This document shows, piece after piece, positions 46,322-56,194 of a DNA stretch of 64,000 bases. The notes below the pieces were generated by a model, which worked only from the letters and a program-made list of their open reading frames with translations, made no database searches and was not told the DNA's origin. The stretch covers positions 333 through 64,332 of the forward strand of contig JAHQVK010000175.1 of the NCBI GenBank assembly GCA_019634385.1. The letters run 5' to 3'. Made by a program: the position numbers and the translations under genes. How positions within the stretch are numbered: the stretch's first letter is position 1; each line of letters begins with the position of its first letter. The DNA comes from Myxococcales bacterium (lineage in GTDB: Bacteria > Myxococcota > Kuafuiibacteriia > Kuafuiibacteriales > Kuafuiibacteriaceae).

Positions 46322-48592
46322 TCAGATAGTTGGAGGCTGCCATCGACGAAGCAAGAGCGCATTGCTGACGACACTGATGCTCGAGAGGGCCATCATGGTG
46401 CCTGCGAGTATCGGTGTGAGCAGGCCAGCGGCTGCCAACGGGAGGCCGAGTAGGTTGTAGGTAAATACCCAAAAGATGTTATGGTGGAGTTTGACATGCA
46501 TTTGTTGGGCAATATCTATGGCGGCCAAAACCAGCTGGGGGTCTGCTTTCATGAGGGTAATATCCGCCGCTTGCTTGGCTAGATCAGTTCCGGTGCCCAT
46601 GGCTATACTCAGATTGGCTACAGAGAGGGCAGGGGCATCGTTGATACCGTCTCCGACCATGACTACTCTGTGCCCATCAGCTTGGAGGCGTTGAATGCAC
46701 TCTGCCTTAGCCTCCGGTAAGATCTCACTTTCTACATCAGTGATACGGAGCTCTTTGGCGAGGGTTTCGGCGGTATGTCGGTTGTCTCCCGTGAGCAGAA
46801 TTACTTTGAGATTTGCCCGGTGAAGGGCTTCAATGGCGGAGGGCGTGCTAGGGCGGAGGGGGTCTTCTACTGCAATACCTCCACAGAGCTTGTGGTCTAT
46901 TTCTATCAGCATGACCGTTCCAACGCGTTGGTGACTGGTTATTAGGTTTTTATGGGCAACGAGATTGTGACCACGTTCGGCCATCCACTGGGGACTACCT
47001 ATAGCTACTTCCATGTGAGCAAGACTATTGGTGGCTGAGCCCCTGAGGGTTGCTATTACTCCACGACCAGGAACAGCAACGAGTTCGGAGGGGGCTGAGC
47101 CTAAAGATGTTTGAGATGGATGGCTTTGCCAGGCTTGGACTACCGCCCGAGCCAGCGGGTGTTCGGAACCGGCTTGGGTTTGCGCTGCTAGTTCAAGCAA
47201 ACGCTCTTCGGAGAAGATAGATTCAGGAAAAGACCAAGTATTTCGAACTTTTGGCACTCCGAGGGTCAGGGTGCCGGTCTTGTCCAAAACCACTGCTGAT
47301 AATCGGAGCGCCTTTTCCATTGCCGCCGGACGACGAATGAGAATTCCGGCTCGAGCGGCGGTGCCCAGCCCAACCGCAATGACTGTGGGTGTAGCGAGAC
47401 CCAAAGCACAGGGGCAGGCAACAACCAGAACGGCCACCGCGCGTAACACTGCCTCTGTTGGGGGGAGGCCAAGTGCCCACCATCCTCCGCCGGTACAGAT
47501 AGCAAGCAGTACAACAGTGGGAACAAACACGGCCGACACCCGATCGATGGTGCGCTCTACCGAGGCTTTTTCTGCCTGAGCTCGTTCGACGACGGCGACA
47601 ATTTGCGCAAGTCTACTGGTGTGACCAACATGGGTGGTCCGTACCCGCAGCATACCTGAATGATTAAGAGCTCCGGTGAGTACCTGGTCGCCTTCGTGTT
47701 TGCCAACGGGCATGGATTCTCCGGTCAACAGAGATTCGTCCACAGTGGAGGTCCCAGAAATGATTGTGCCGTCTACGGGGATATGTTCACCGGGCCGAAC
47801 CACCACCGTGGTGTTGGTGCCTACGGCTTCAATGGGTACTTCAACCGTACCGTCAGGCGTTTCTAGACTGGCCCTGGTCGGATAAAGTTTGCTTAGGCCA
47901 TCAAGGGCTTCCGTAGTTTGCTGTTTTGCTCTTCGCTCGATGAACTTGCCGCTGAGAATCAGGGTGAGAATCAACGCGGAACTTTCAAAGTAGAGCGGAC
48001 CGTCGGTGATGAGACCGTATATGGACAGCCCAAGTGCGGCGGTAGTACCAAGAGCCACCAACACATCCATATTGGCGCCTCGGTGCCGGACAGCTTGCCA
48101 TGCTCCAGCGTAGATTCGAGCACCAATGGTACCCTGAATGACCATAGCTAGTAGACACTGAGTCCAACCGGGTAGTTCCCACCGTACGCCGAGGGGATGT
48201 AGGAGCATGGGCAGTACAAGAGGAGTGCTGAATAGGACGGCGATCATCAGCAATTTCCGGTCCCGCTGCGCCTGTGCAGCCTGAGCTTGCTGACGAGCAT
48301 TTCGGCCTTCTACAACGGAATCAACCGGATTCGCGGTGAAGCCGATATGCTCTACCGCATCTACCAAGGTATCGGAGGAGGCTGTACCTACGACCGAGGC
48401 GGTTTCGTTGGCAAAATTGACTCGGACGGATATCACTCCTGGGGTTTGTTGCAGGGTTCGTTCTATGCGCCGCGCGCATCCTGCGCAGCTTAGTCCACCC
48501 AGGGTCAGCCGTACCGGCTCCAGAACAGTAGTAGGGGGGAAAAGGCGATCATGTGCGGGGGGGGGCGCACTGGTGTTCATAGATTGAGTCAT
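46322..48592 (-). CDS. copA: copper-translocating P1B-type ATPase
   Basis: CAGC HMA motif, TGES, CPCALG, DKTGT, EHPL, GDGINDAP, YN and MALSS motifs. Confidence 0.92.
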   Translation of the reverse strand: MTQSMNTSAPPPAHDRLFPPTTVLEPVRLTLGGLSCAGCARRIERTLQQTPGVISVRVNFANETASVVGTASSDTLVDAVEHIGFTANPVDSVVEGRNARQQAQAAQAQRDRKLLMIAVLFSTPLVLPMLLHPLGVRWELPGWTQCLLAMVIQGTIGARIYAGAWQAVRHRGANMDVLVALGTTAALGLSIYGLITDGPLYFESSALILTLILSGKFIERRAKQQTTEALDGLSKLYPTRASLETPDGTVEVPIEAVGTNTTVVVRPGEHIPVDGTIISGTSTVDESLLTGESMPVGKHEGDQVLTGALNHSGMLRVRTTHVGHTSRLAQIVAVVERAQAEKASVERTIDRVSAVFVPTVVLLAICTGGGWWALGLPPTEAVLRAVAVLVVACPCALGLATPTVIAVGLGTAARAGILIRRPAAMEKALRLSAVVLDKTGTLTLGVPKVRNTWSFPESIFSEERLLELAAQTQAGSEHPLARAVVQAWQSHPSQTSLGSAPSELVAVPGRGVIATLRGSATNSLAHMEVAIGSPQWMAERGHNLVAHKNLITSHQRVGTVMLIEIDHKLCGGIAVEDPLRPSTPSAIEALHRANLKVILLTGDNRHTAETLAKELRITDVESEILPEAKAECIQRLQADGHRVVMVGDGINDAPALSVANLSIAMGTGTDLAKQAADITLMKADPQLVLAAIDIAQQMHVKLHHNIFWVFTYNLLGLPLAAAGLLTPILAGTMMALSSISVVSNALLLRRWQPPTI

Positions 48593-48677
48593 ATCTTGAG
48601 GGAACGAGTGTGAGTGGGCTCGGATACACTCGAAGCCCGTCCCTCATACATGCTACACTCATACTTCCGGAGCCGCT

Positions 48678-49190
48678 GTGAGAATCGAATCTAAGGTATA
48701 CGTCTCGGCACCGACGACCACCGTGTTTAGCTTTTTCACATGGCTTGATCACTTGCCATTGATCAGTGCTGAGCAGCGGCGAGAGTGGTGCCCCTCGGAG
48801 GGGCAGAGACTGGTAGAGGGGCAGAGTCAGGAGGTTTTTCTTGAGCAGGGTCGGCACCGATTGAAGCTGGCTTTTACAACCCGGGTTATGCTGGAAAACG
48901 AGCGTATTGAGGATGTGTTCTCCACATGGCCGTTTCAGGGGGCCCTACGGATCCTGACATTTACCGAGGGCAATGACCACACCGTTGTGACCGAGGTGTA
49001 TGTTTGGAAGCCACCATTTTTCCTGAAACAATTGGTGGATCGCAGGGTGAGTGCCCAGGAGAATGTATTTCTCGAAAAATTAAGTAATGCTAAGCGCTTG
49101 ATTGAGACTGCTTACAACGCCTCCGGTGAGCATGCGTTTGCGGGAGGGGTTTTGGAGTCGGCGAAGGTTGTGAGTTGGCCAATGGTGTGA
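48678..49190 (+). CDS. SRPBCC-like protein
   Basis: N-terminal MRIESKVYVSAPTTTVFSFF pattern and typical size. Confidence 0.6.
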   Translation: MRIESKVYVSAPTTTVFSFFTWLDHLPLISAEQRREWCPSEGQRLVEGQSQEVFLEQGRHRLKLAFTTRVMLENERIEDVFSTWPFQGALRILTFTEGNDHTVVTEVYVWKPPFFLKQLVDRRVSAQENVFLEKLSNAKRLIETAYNASGEHAFAGGVLESAKVVSWPMV

Positions 49191-49212
49191 GTTGTGTGCT
49201 TGATCCCCTGGG

Positions 49213-50334
49213 ATGTCGACAACTGCGCTTGTAGCATGGCTGCCGGGGGATGGAATTGGTCCGGAGGTTGCCCAAGCGGCCAGAGAAGTTTTGGATGTTG
49301 TGCTCCAACGATGTTCGCTGGTGGCAAACCATGATGTTATTCCCTGTGGAGGAAAGTACTATCTTCGGCACGGACAAGACTGGCCGTCTGATGGTGCCGA
49401 ACGATGTGCTCGCGCGGATGTCATGTTTTTGGGGGCGGTAGGGTACCCATCGCCCACTGGGTCTGGTCCGGTGACGAGAGGGGATGGTCGGATGGCTGGC
49501 TACTCAGCGGTCCTCGGAAATCGCCAGAAGTTTGATCTATTTGCGAACATCCGCCCCGTTCGCCTGTGGCCTGGACTCAGTCGCCGAATAACGGGGCGTT
49601 TACGGTCGGTGTGGTCACCCGAAGACGTTAATCTAGAGATCATTCGAGAGAACACTGAAGGCTTGTATATTGAAGCCGGGGCAACCTTGCGCTCTGGTGG
49701 CTCTCCGGTTGGGCAGGTGGCAGTGGACACAAGAGTTGTCACCCGAGCCGCCTCAATGCGAATATGTGAGGTTGCTTTCCAGCGAGCATCTCGTAGCGTG
49801 ACTGCGGTGGTCAAACATAACCTTCTTGAAGGCTGTCGATTATTTGTAGATACCTTTAAAGAAGTCTCTTTAAGGTATCCTCACATTGAGGCTAACGTGA
49901 CTTTGGTGGACGCTTTTGCACCGGACCTCATACAGAGTCCAGAGAAGTATGATGTAGTGGTGACGACTAATCTATTTGGTGATATCTTGACTGACCTGGC
50001 GGCGGTACTACAAGGAGGGATGGGAATGGCAATAGGTGGCAATATAGGTCTATCTCATGCCATGTTTGAGCCAATACATGGCTCGGCACCGGATATTGCG
50101 GGACAGGGTAAAGCAAACCCGCTTGCGATGATACTTTCGGTGGCAGAAGGGCTTCGTTGGTTATCTCTCCAAAAAGGGAGTCCTTGGAGGGAGGCTGCGG
50201 AGAGGATCGAGCGAGCAGTAGGGCATATTATTAGCCAAGGACCACTCACTGCCGACTTGGTGGGGAGTGCTGGAGGGGCTTCAACCGCTGAGGTTACTGA
50301 GGCCCTAGTGGACGTGATTCGGCGAGTTGAATAG
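49213..50334 (+). CDS. isocitrate/isopropylmalate dehydrogenase family protein
   Basis: PGDGIGPEV, RENTEG, TNLFGDILTD and FEPIHGSAPDIAG motifs. Confidence 0.9.
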   Translation: MSTTALVAWLPGDGIGPEVAQAAREVLDVVLQRCSLVANHDVIPCGGKYYLRHGQDWPSDGAERCARADVMFLGAVGYPSPTGSGPVTRGDGRMAGYSAVLGNRQKFDLFANIRPVRLWPGLSRRITGRLRSVWSPEDVNLEIIRENTEGLYIEAGATLRSGGSPVGQVAVDTRVVTRAASMRICEVAFQRASRSVTAVVKHNLLEGCRLFVDTFKEVSLRYPHIEANVTLVDAFAPDLIQSPEKYDVVVTTNLFGDILTDLAAVLQGGMGMAIGGNIGLSHAMFEPIHGSAPDIAGQGKANPLAMILSVAEGLRWLSLQKGSPWREAAERIERAVGHIISQGPLTADLVGSAGGASTAEVTEALVDVIRRVE

Positions 50335-51525
50335 TTACTTTGCCCAGCTGTGTAGCAATCGCTCTTTGAGTAGGTTTTGATTGGCTGAGAGGTCAGCTGG
50401 TTCTTTGACGGGAAAGAAGCGGCCTTCAGGGCCTTCCCGGGGTACTCGAAGTAGGGATACTTTAAATATTGGCTTGCCAGATAGATCGAGTGTGCCACTT
50501 GCCTCGCATGTGATGGTTTCTAGCTGGAGTGCTGGGCGGTTTGCGACTTTCTTTTGCACCAGGTAACGATCAAGAATGACATCTTGGTTTAGAGCTTGGA
50601 CACTGAAGATCATGTTGTTGGTAGAGAAGTCGGGTAGCTTTTCTTGGGGAAAGTCATGAGGAAACCGAAACCCCTCAACGACTTGATTGGATCTCCCGTT
50701 GATCCGTGCCGGTGCGCCACCTTTATCCCAATTCCCTGAGGCCGTACGTTGTTTCTGTGTCACCTCTAGCGTCATTTCACCTTGTGATAAGATATGATGA
50801 CCAATGATGACAGGGCTGATAGTTGCACCCAGGTTGTCGACGTTAGAGAAGAGGATATATTTGATGCCTCTTGTTTCTAGTTTTTTGAGCACCCCTGATT
50901 TTCGGATGCAGTGAAAAAAATCTCCGTGCCCTGGTGCGTGGTATGAGGGCTGACCCTCGTCGTCGACAAACAGGGAACCATCCGGATTCATTCGAATAGA
51001 GATGGACTGAGAAAAATCGAGAATATTCTGCGGTGCCAAATGGAAGTTGTTGTGCTCCGATATATGCGCCAGCGTCTTTTGCTGCGTAGCAAAAGAATTC
51101 ATTAACACTAAAGGCACATCCTGTCCGTATCGTTCGTGTGCGCGTCGGGTGTCTTCCCCTTTGAGGGCCAGGAAGCTCTTACCATCAAAGACTTCTACGA
51201 CCCCTTTCACTACTCCACCAAAGCGGGTAGCCATGCCTCCGTTGAGGACAACGGAAGCCACTTCGCCTCCTTTGAGGGCTGTCTCCCCGGCCTCGCGGGC
51301 GGCTTCCTTATTTTGTTCCACATCGATGACACCTTCTGCGGGTTCGATGTTGCCGGTGATTCGATGGGTCTCGGTCGTCAAACGCCCGTCCACAATGGCC
51401 GCTTGGTTCTCTCGGAACCGAGGCTCGTCAAAGCCGAAACGGCTGAGGAGGGCAAAGTCGAGGCGGGTGTCCTCGAGAGGGTGGGTCATATCAAAGGTTT
51501 TTTCTGTCAGCGGGTCCGGTGTCAA
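50335..51525 (-). CDS. UDPGP-family (eukaryote-type) UTP-sugar-1-phosphate uridylyltransferase
   Basis: LNGGMATRFG, LMNSF, APGHGD, SNVDNLGA, KGG and RFFPVK motifs. Confidence 0.85.
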   Translation of the reverse strand: MTPDPLTEKTFDMTHPLEDTRLDFALLSRFGFDEPRFRENQAAIVDGRLTTETHRITGNIEPAEGVIDVEQNKEAAREAGETALKGGEVASVVLNGGMATRFGGVVKGVVEVFDGKSFLALKGEDTRRAHERYGQDVPLVLMNSFATQQKTLAHISEHNNFHLAPQNILDFSQSISIRMNPDGSLFVDDEGQPSYHAPGHGDFFHCIRKSGVLKKLETRGIKYILFSNVDNLGATISPVIIGHHILSQGEMTLEVTQKQRTASGNWDKGGAPARINGRSNQVVEGFRFPHDFPQEKLPDFSTNNMIFSVQALNQDVILDRYLVQKKVANRPALQLETITCEASGTLDLSGKPIFKVSLLRVPREGPEGRFFPVKEPADLSANQNLLKERLLHSWAK

Positions 51526-51534
51526 TGGTTGAGC

Positions 51535-54500
51535 CTATGCAGTTTGAGAGCTGGACGGTTCTTCAATTTTTTCCATAACTCGCTGGGCAACCCGGTCGAC
51601 TCGTAAGCGGGTAGCTTCCATGAGTTTTTTAAGTTGGTGCCCATAATCACCACGAATTCCGACAACGGACAGAGGTTTGAGATTGTTGGCGATGTCGATC
51701 ATCAATTGCGGCTCCATGTAGTCATCAAATGCAACCATGAGCCGATAGAGATCTCTGGCTCTGCGGAGTTCGTCATGCGCAACCATCAGGAATCGCAGTT
51801 CACCACCACACCCATCGAGTTGTGCAACCATGGCTCGTAAGTCTGCTGCACCAAATGGATGATCGAGTTTGGCGAAGGCGCGTAGGGCCAGCCAGAGCAA
51901 GTGAATATCTCGAAGGCCTCCGGGCCCGAGTTTGGCGTTCAGGCCGTGGGGAGGGACCTGTTGTCGCTCACGGATTTCACCGAGGATATCGTAAATGAAT
52001 GCTTTGCGATTATCTTGAGTAACAACGGTTCTTACCTCCGCATCGAACCGTCGGGCGAGCAGGGGATCTCCGAGAAAAAATCTCCCTTCCAATACTTCCG
52101 CTTCATCGATGAAAACGTCAGGATGTCGTTCTTTTAAGTACCGAAGCAGTTCGGGCAAGCTAACGGTGTATGAGCAGAAAATGTCCGCGAAGCGATTGTG
52201 AGGTTGAAGACCACATCGCGCCATAGTGGCGCTGACTCGCTGTAGAATCTTGCCGAAGAATTTTTGCAAACCCGGGTCGTTTTCCGAGACTAGAGCAATA
52301 TAGTCAAAGTCACTACCAAAGGCCTCCCCGCGCCCATAACCACCGGTTGCAAAGATGGCTACTCGGGAACCCGGACGGTAATGTTGGAACATGGGGGAAC
52401 GTTGTCGGACTTCTCGAAAATATGCTTTAAACAACTCTCTGACAAACTGGTCGACCGCAGCCACATGTTCTTTGTCTTGGCTCGCTGGGGCGCCCTTTAG
52501 GACCCCCTGAATGGCTGCTCGTAGGGTGGCGACGTCACCAGCGTCCGCCAGCAATCTCACCTGTTCAGCGGGACGAGGCTCTTGGGCTGCTCGCTGCATA
52601 ATTTCCGTCGCCAACTCTTTTAGCCGCCGCCCATCCCCGATGCGCTGAACAAACTCAGTCGTGCGGGCGAGCACTCGGCTTGCGATGCGTCCGATAGCGT
52701 TCGAGCGATGATGTACAAGAACGAGCATGGAGCGCAGAGCTCGGGTCACGCGGGCGCCGCGGGGGGTTGGATCCGCGGCCTCAATCAGGTCAGCGAGGTG
52801 GGCCAAGTATTTGGAAGGAAACGCGTTGGCGAGTCTGAAGAGAGCCTCTGATTTTGTTTCGGTGTCGAGGCGTTGGGTGAATTGTTCGAGTGCTCTAGGA
52901 TGAGCTTCTAGGTGAGCTATCAGTCGACTCCAAAACAAACGAGCATTGGTACCAGTGGTTGTGATGTCATAAGATTCGGGTTCGTTTTGCTCGCTTGGGA
53001 GACTAAGGGGGCTGAACTCTGAGGTGGTTTCGTAGGCGCTGGATGCGGTGTTGAGTGCGGATGTGGTGGCAGAGCCTTGGGGGACTGGGATTTGATTACA
53101 ACTTACAAGTATGTCATCACTCGGGAGCGCGTTTGGGTTTCGTCTGGTTTGTGCGAGGTCCCGGTCTTTGTCCGCAAGAAACACCAAAAAATCGACGAAA
53201 GAAGGGGCGTCCTCGCACATCATTTCTACGTAGCGAGTGGCGAGAGTTACTCGGCGTTCCGAACTCAGATTAGCGAAATCTTGGACAAAACGATGACCGG
53301 TTTCGTATTGGCGACTGATAAGCTCCACAACCTCATCCCAAAAGACCCCCCCTTGATGGGCTTCCAGGGCAGCCATGAGGTTTTCAGCCATGTTCTCGGA
53401 GCTGCTACCATCCATATTCTTGCCGCGCTCAACGATCTTTCGGAAGGTCGAAACACGGTTGAGATGTCGGCTAATCTCCTCGCTAAGTGTTGCGAAAGCA
53501 GTCAGTGCTCGGCTGCGAAGTTCAGCATAGTATCCGAGAAGTCGGTTGGCAGTGGTGCGACGAGGGCTTTCGCGAAGGCCTAACAGCAAGGCAACGTGCT
53601 CACTCGCTTTGAGAGATGCTGGGTCCTGAAGCTGTATTTCGTCACCGGCATAAACATATAGAAAGATGAGAGCCCGCATGACCTCTACTTGGACGGCGCT
53701 GTTGGCGAGGGTTACATAAATATCTCGTCGTTCGGGATCTCGTTCGGCAACCGCTTTCAGTGCTAGAGGATGAAGCGGCTCAACCACCCCGTGTACCACT
53801 CGCATGGCCGCGGTGACCAGCTTGGTTGGAATATATACTTCGCGTTTGGGGGCAAGTACTCCGGGGGTAGTTGTCGGAACGAGATAGTGCTTCAGCTCAG
53901 CCATGATCGAACGCAAGAAGCCTTCATGGATAATGGGTTCTCCTTGGCCGGCATAGTAGGCGCTGATGACCTCGTCTTGGAGGCGTTTATGCAGGGTTTG
54001 GCTTCCACATAAATACTGCGCGCCCAGTAACTGCATAATGGAAACGATACTTCGGGTGGGGCGTTCTTTGAGCTCTGCGTACTCATCAACAAGTGCACAC
54101 ACGCGAGGTGTATCTAGCTCTTCTGTTAGAAACAGCTGGATCTTAGAGGCATAACGAACAAAAGTTCTGCTGACCAGACTAAAGCCGCGAGACAAGGCCG
54201 TTCGGGCTTCTACATTGGTCACGACAAAAGCGAGGTCAACGTCCTCATGGTCAATGAGGGCCCCAGTGTTTAGTGCAACGTAGTCATTAGGATCCAGGTC
54301 TGGGCATGCCTCGCGTATAGACAATTCCAAGAGGCTAGCGACCCATTCCCGCCGGGTCTTCTCCGCACTTTGGTATATTCGCCAACAGGTTCGCACGCGA
54401 TGACCGGGGGTCATGCGGTAACTTTCGCGGAGCAAATCTCTAGATAGCTCAGCTTGGCTCCGTAGATAGTGATGCGCAAAATAAGCACCTACGAGAGTGG

Positions 54501-54744
54501 TGCGTTTTTCCCTATGGAGTCGGGCAAATCTATCAACCGCTGCTAGTGCTTTGGTAGGATTGATCGGAGTTGTATCTAAAGGGGCTTGCCCATTGCTCCA
54601 ATCGTTCACCTTGGTGAGGATCGTTCGGTGTCGCAGACTCGCCATGAGGTATCGCCGAGTATGATTGGCGAAGCGACTGATAGGTTTACCAAGCTTTCTA
54701 AAGCCAGGGTCAAACGTGAGTGGTTTTTCTGGAGGCCAAGTCAT
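51535..54744 (-). CDS. GlnE/GlnD-like tandem nucleotidyltransferase-domain protein
   Basis: C-terminal ATGGYGRGEAFGSDFD and KLGPGGLRDI; degenerate N-terminal HEDVDLAFV unit. Confidence 0.7.
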   Translation of the reverse strand: MTWPPEKPLTFDPGFRKLGKPISRFANHTRRYLMASLRHRTILTKVNDWSNGQAPLDTTPINPTKALAAVDRFARLHREKRTTLVGAYFAHHYLRSQAELSRDLLRESYRMTPGHRVRTCWRIYQSAEKTRREWVASLLELSIREACPDLDPNDYVALNTGALIDHEDVDLAFVVTNVEARTALSRGFSLVSRTFVRYASKIQLFLTEELDTPRVCALVDEYAELKERPTRSIVSIMQLLGAQYLCGSQTLHKRLQDEVISAYYAGQGEPIIHEGFLRSIMAELKHYLVPTTTPGVLAPKREVYIPTKLVTAAMRVVHGVVEPLHPLALKAVAERDPERRDIYVTLANSAVQVEVMRALIFLYVYAGDEIQLQDPASLKASEHVALLLGLRESPRRTTANRLLGYYAELRSRALTAFATLSEEISRHLNRVSTFRKIVERGKNMDGSSSENMAENLMAALEAHQGGVFWDEVVELISRQYETGHRFVQDFANLSSERRVTLATRYVEMMCEDAPSFVDFLVFLADKDRDLAQTRRNPNALPSDDILVSCNQIPVPQGSATTSALNTASSAYETTSEFSPLSLPSEQNEPESYDITTTGTNARLFWSRLIAHLEAHPRALEQFTQRLDTETKSEALFRLANAFPSKYLAHLADLIEAADPTPRGARVTRALRSMLVLVHHRSNAIGRIASRVLARTTEFVQRIGDGRRLKELATEIMQRAAQEPRPAEQVRLLADAGDVATLRAAIQGVLKGAPASQDKEHVAAVDQFVRELFKAYFREVRQRSPMFQHYRPGSRVAIFATGGYGRGEAFGSDFDYIALVSENDPGLQKFFGKILQRVSATMARCGLQPHNRFADIFCSYTVSLPELLRYLKERHPDVFIDEAEVLEGRFFLGDPLLARRFDAEVRTVVTQDNRKAFIYDILGEIRERQQVPPHGLNAKLGPGGLRDIHLLWLALRAFAKLDHPFGAADLRAMVAQLDGCGGELRFLMVAHDELRRARDLYRLMVAFDDYMEPQLMIDIANNLKPLSVVGIRGDYGHQLKKLMEATRLRVDRVAQRVMEKIEEPSSSQTA

Positions 54745-55520
54745 TGTACAATCTGAATGGCGGACAAGTGTCGCCCGGTGCGACCTTGGTCGCGTCTATG
54801 AGAAAAAAATAGCTCTGGCTCAGAGATGGTACATCGGCCCAAGGTATCCACGTTACCAACCCCTACGTCCTTGAGGTGAGTATGCACCAAGTGGGCAAGA
54901 TCTAGGAGAGGACGACCACGAGGACCGGGTTGAGTTTTGGGGCTTCGGTATGGGCCTAAACTTTCGCTTGCGGCCAGTATAACCTCTTCGCCCACTTCAA
55001 AGGCTTGAGGGCCTATCGTAGGGCCTATTGCTGCCCGCATGTGGGCTGGTTGGTAACCAGCATCGACCAAACTTCGGATCGTGTGGTGGACAATACCCAT
55101 GACCGCGCTGCGCCAACCGGCGTGGATGGCTGCAACAGCCTTCGGTTGTCCTCCGGGAGCCAGTGCGACCAGCAGAATAGGTGCGCAGTCGGCCGTGGTG
55201 ACGGCCACCGCTAAGCCTGGCTCTGAAGTCCAGAGCGCATCAGCATTGGTTTGACGGAGTTCCCCGGACTGAAGGGTTGCCCACGTGGCTTTAACTACAT
55301 TGATTCCATGGATTTGTGTGATCTCACCAAGGGTTTGGGGATCGCCAAAGAGCGCCTCACTAGCGAATGTGTGTCGGTTACTAGTTACCTTGGAGTTCTG
55401 ATCACCCACAGTGTAGCTCAGGTTTAGAGAGGCGTATGGTCCTACTGAGGTCCCCCCCTTTCTTGTAGAAAAGGCGTGCCGAAGATGCGCTATGTCTAGC
55501 GCGCTACTACGGAGAAGCAC
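54741..55520 (-). CDS. pgeF: PgeF/YfiH family purine nucleoside phosphorylase (laccase-like)
   Basis: FSTRKGG, SLNL, QIHG, TADCAP, AIHAGWR and FFSHRR motifs; GTG start at 55520 inferred. Confidence 0.9.
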   Translation of the reverse strand: MLLRSSALDIAHLRHAFSTRKGGTSVGPYASLNLSYTVGDQNSKVTSNRHTFASEALFGDPQTLGEITQIHGINVVKATWATLQSGELRQTNADALWTSEPGLAVAVTTADCAPILLVALAPGGQPKAVAAIHAGWRSAVMGIVHHTIRSLVDAGYQPAHMRAAIGPTIGPQAFEVGEEVILAASESLGPYRSPKTQPGPRGRPLLDLAHLVHTHLKDVGVGNVDTLGRCTISEPELFFSHRRDQGRTGRHLSAIQIVQ

Positions 55521-55584
55521 TTGAGCATGGTACTGGAGTCGTCGGGCACGAACCATGTTGCAGTGCCCTAAGGAGCAATTGAGC

Positions 55585-56118
55585 ATGTACCGTATTCAAA
55601 AAAGTATTGATGTGAGTATGGCCCACCATGTTCGAGGGCATACGGGCCCATGTATCAATGTGCACGGCCACACTTGGAAGCTCGAGGTTGGACTCAGCGC
55701 AAAGACGCTGGATACTCAAGGTTTTGTTGTGGATTTTGCTGAGCTGCGGACTGAGGTGCTCATGCCGTGTTTTCGGCTCCTTGATCATGCACTGGCTGTG
55801 GGAGCCGAAACTTATGCCGAAACGGAAGAGGCTCTGGCGCGGTTGGGTGAATCACTGATTCACAGTCGTGTGCTCATTCATGGCCACGAACTGGCGTCTT
55901 CCCAGCCGAAACTCATCCTCAATGGGGCGCAGCTGCACTATCCCGGGAATATGAAAGTCTGTGTATTTCCGTTCAATCCAACATCTGAACGGCTTGCGGA
56001 ATGGTTGTACGGCTTGGCTGAACAAACTGTAGCCAATGATCGGGTACGGGTGGATGTGGCTCGGGTTTACGAGACTCTCCATCCGGTAGAGTCGGTGGCT
56101 GAGTTTGATCGGCGCTAG
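55585..56118 (+). CDS. queD: 6-carboxytetrahydropterin synthase (QueD/PTPS family)
   Basis: AHH, CINVHGHTW, VVDF, LDH and NPTSE motifs. Confidence 0.8.
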   Translation: MYRIQKSIDVSMAHHVRGHTGPCINVHGHTWKLEVGLSAKTLDTQGFVVDFAELRTEVLMPCFRLLDHALAVGAETYAETEEALARLGESLIHSRVLIHGHELASSQPKLILNGAQLHYPGNMKVCVFPFNPTSERLAEWLYGLAEQTVANDRVRVDVARVYETLHPVESVAEFDRR

Positions 56119-56194
56119 GTTTTATTTTCCTCCGAGGTGTGTCCTCGAACCAGCCACCGGCGCGAATGAGGCTACTTACCGACCTTTTGGTGGT

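Noticed and set aside
55585..56118. queD as part of a 7-deazaguanine DNA-modification (Dpd) island
   Set aside because: No dpdA/tgt-like, queC, queE or folE genes are nearby, and the neighbours are housekeeping genes.
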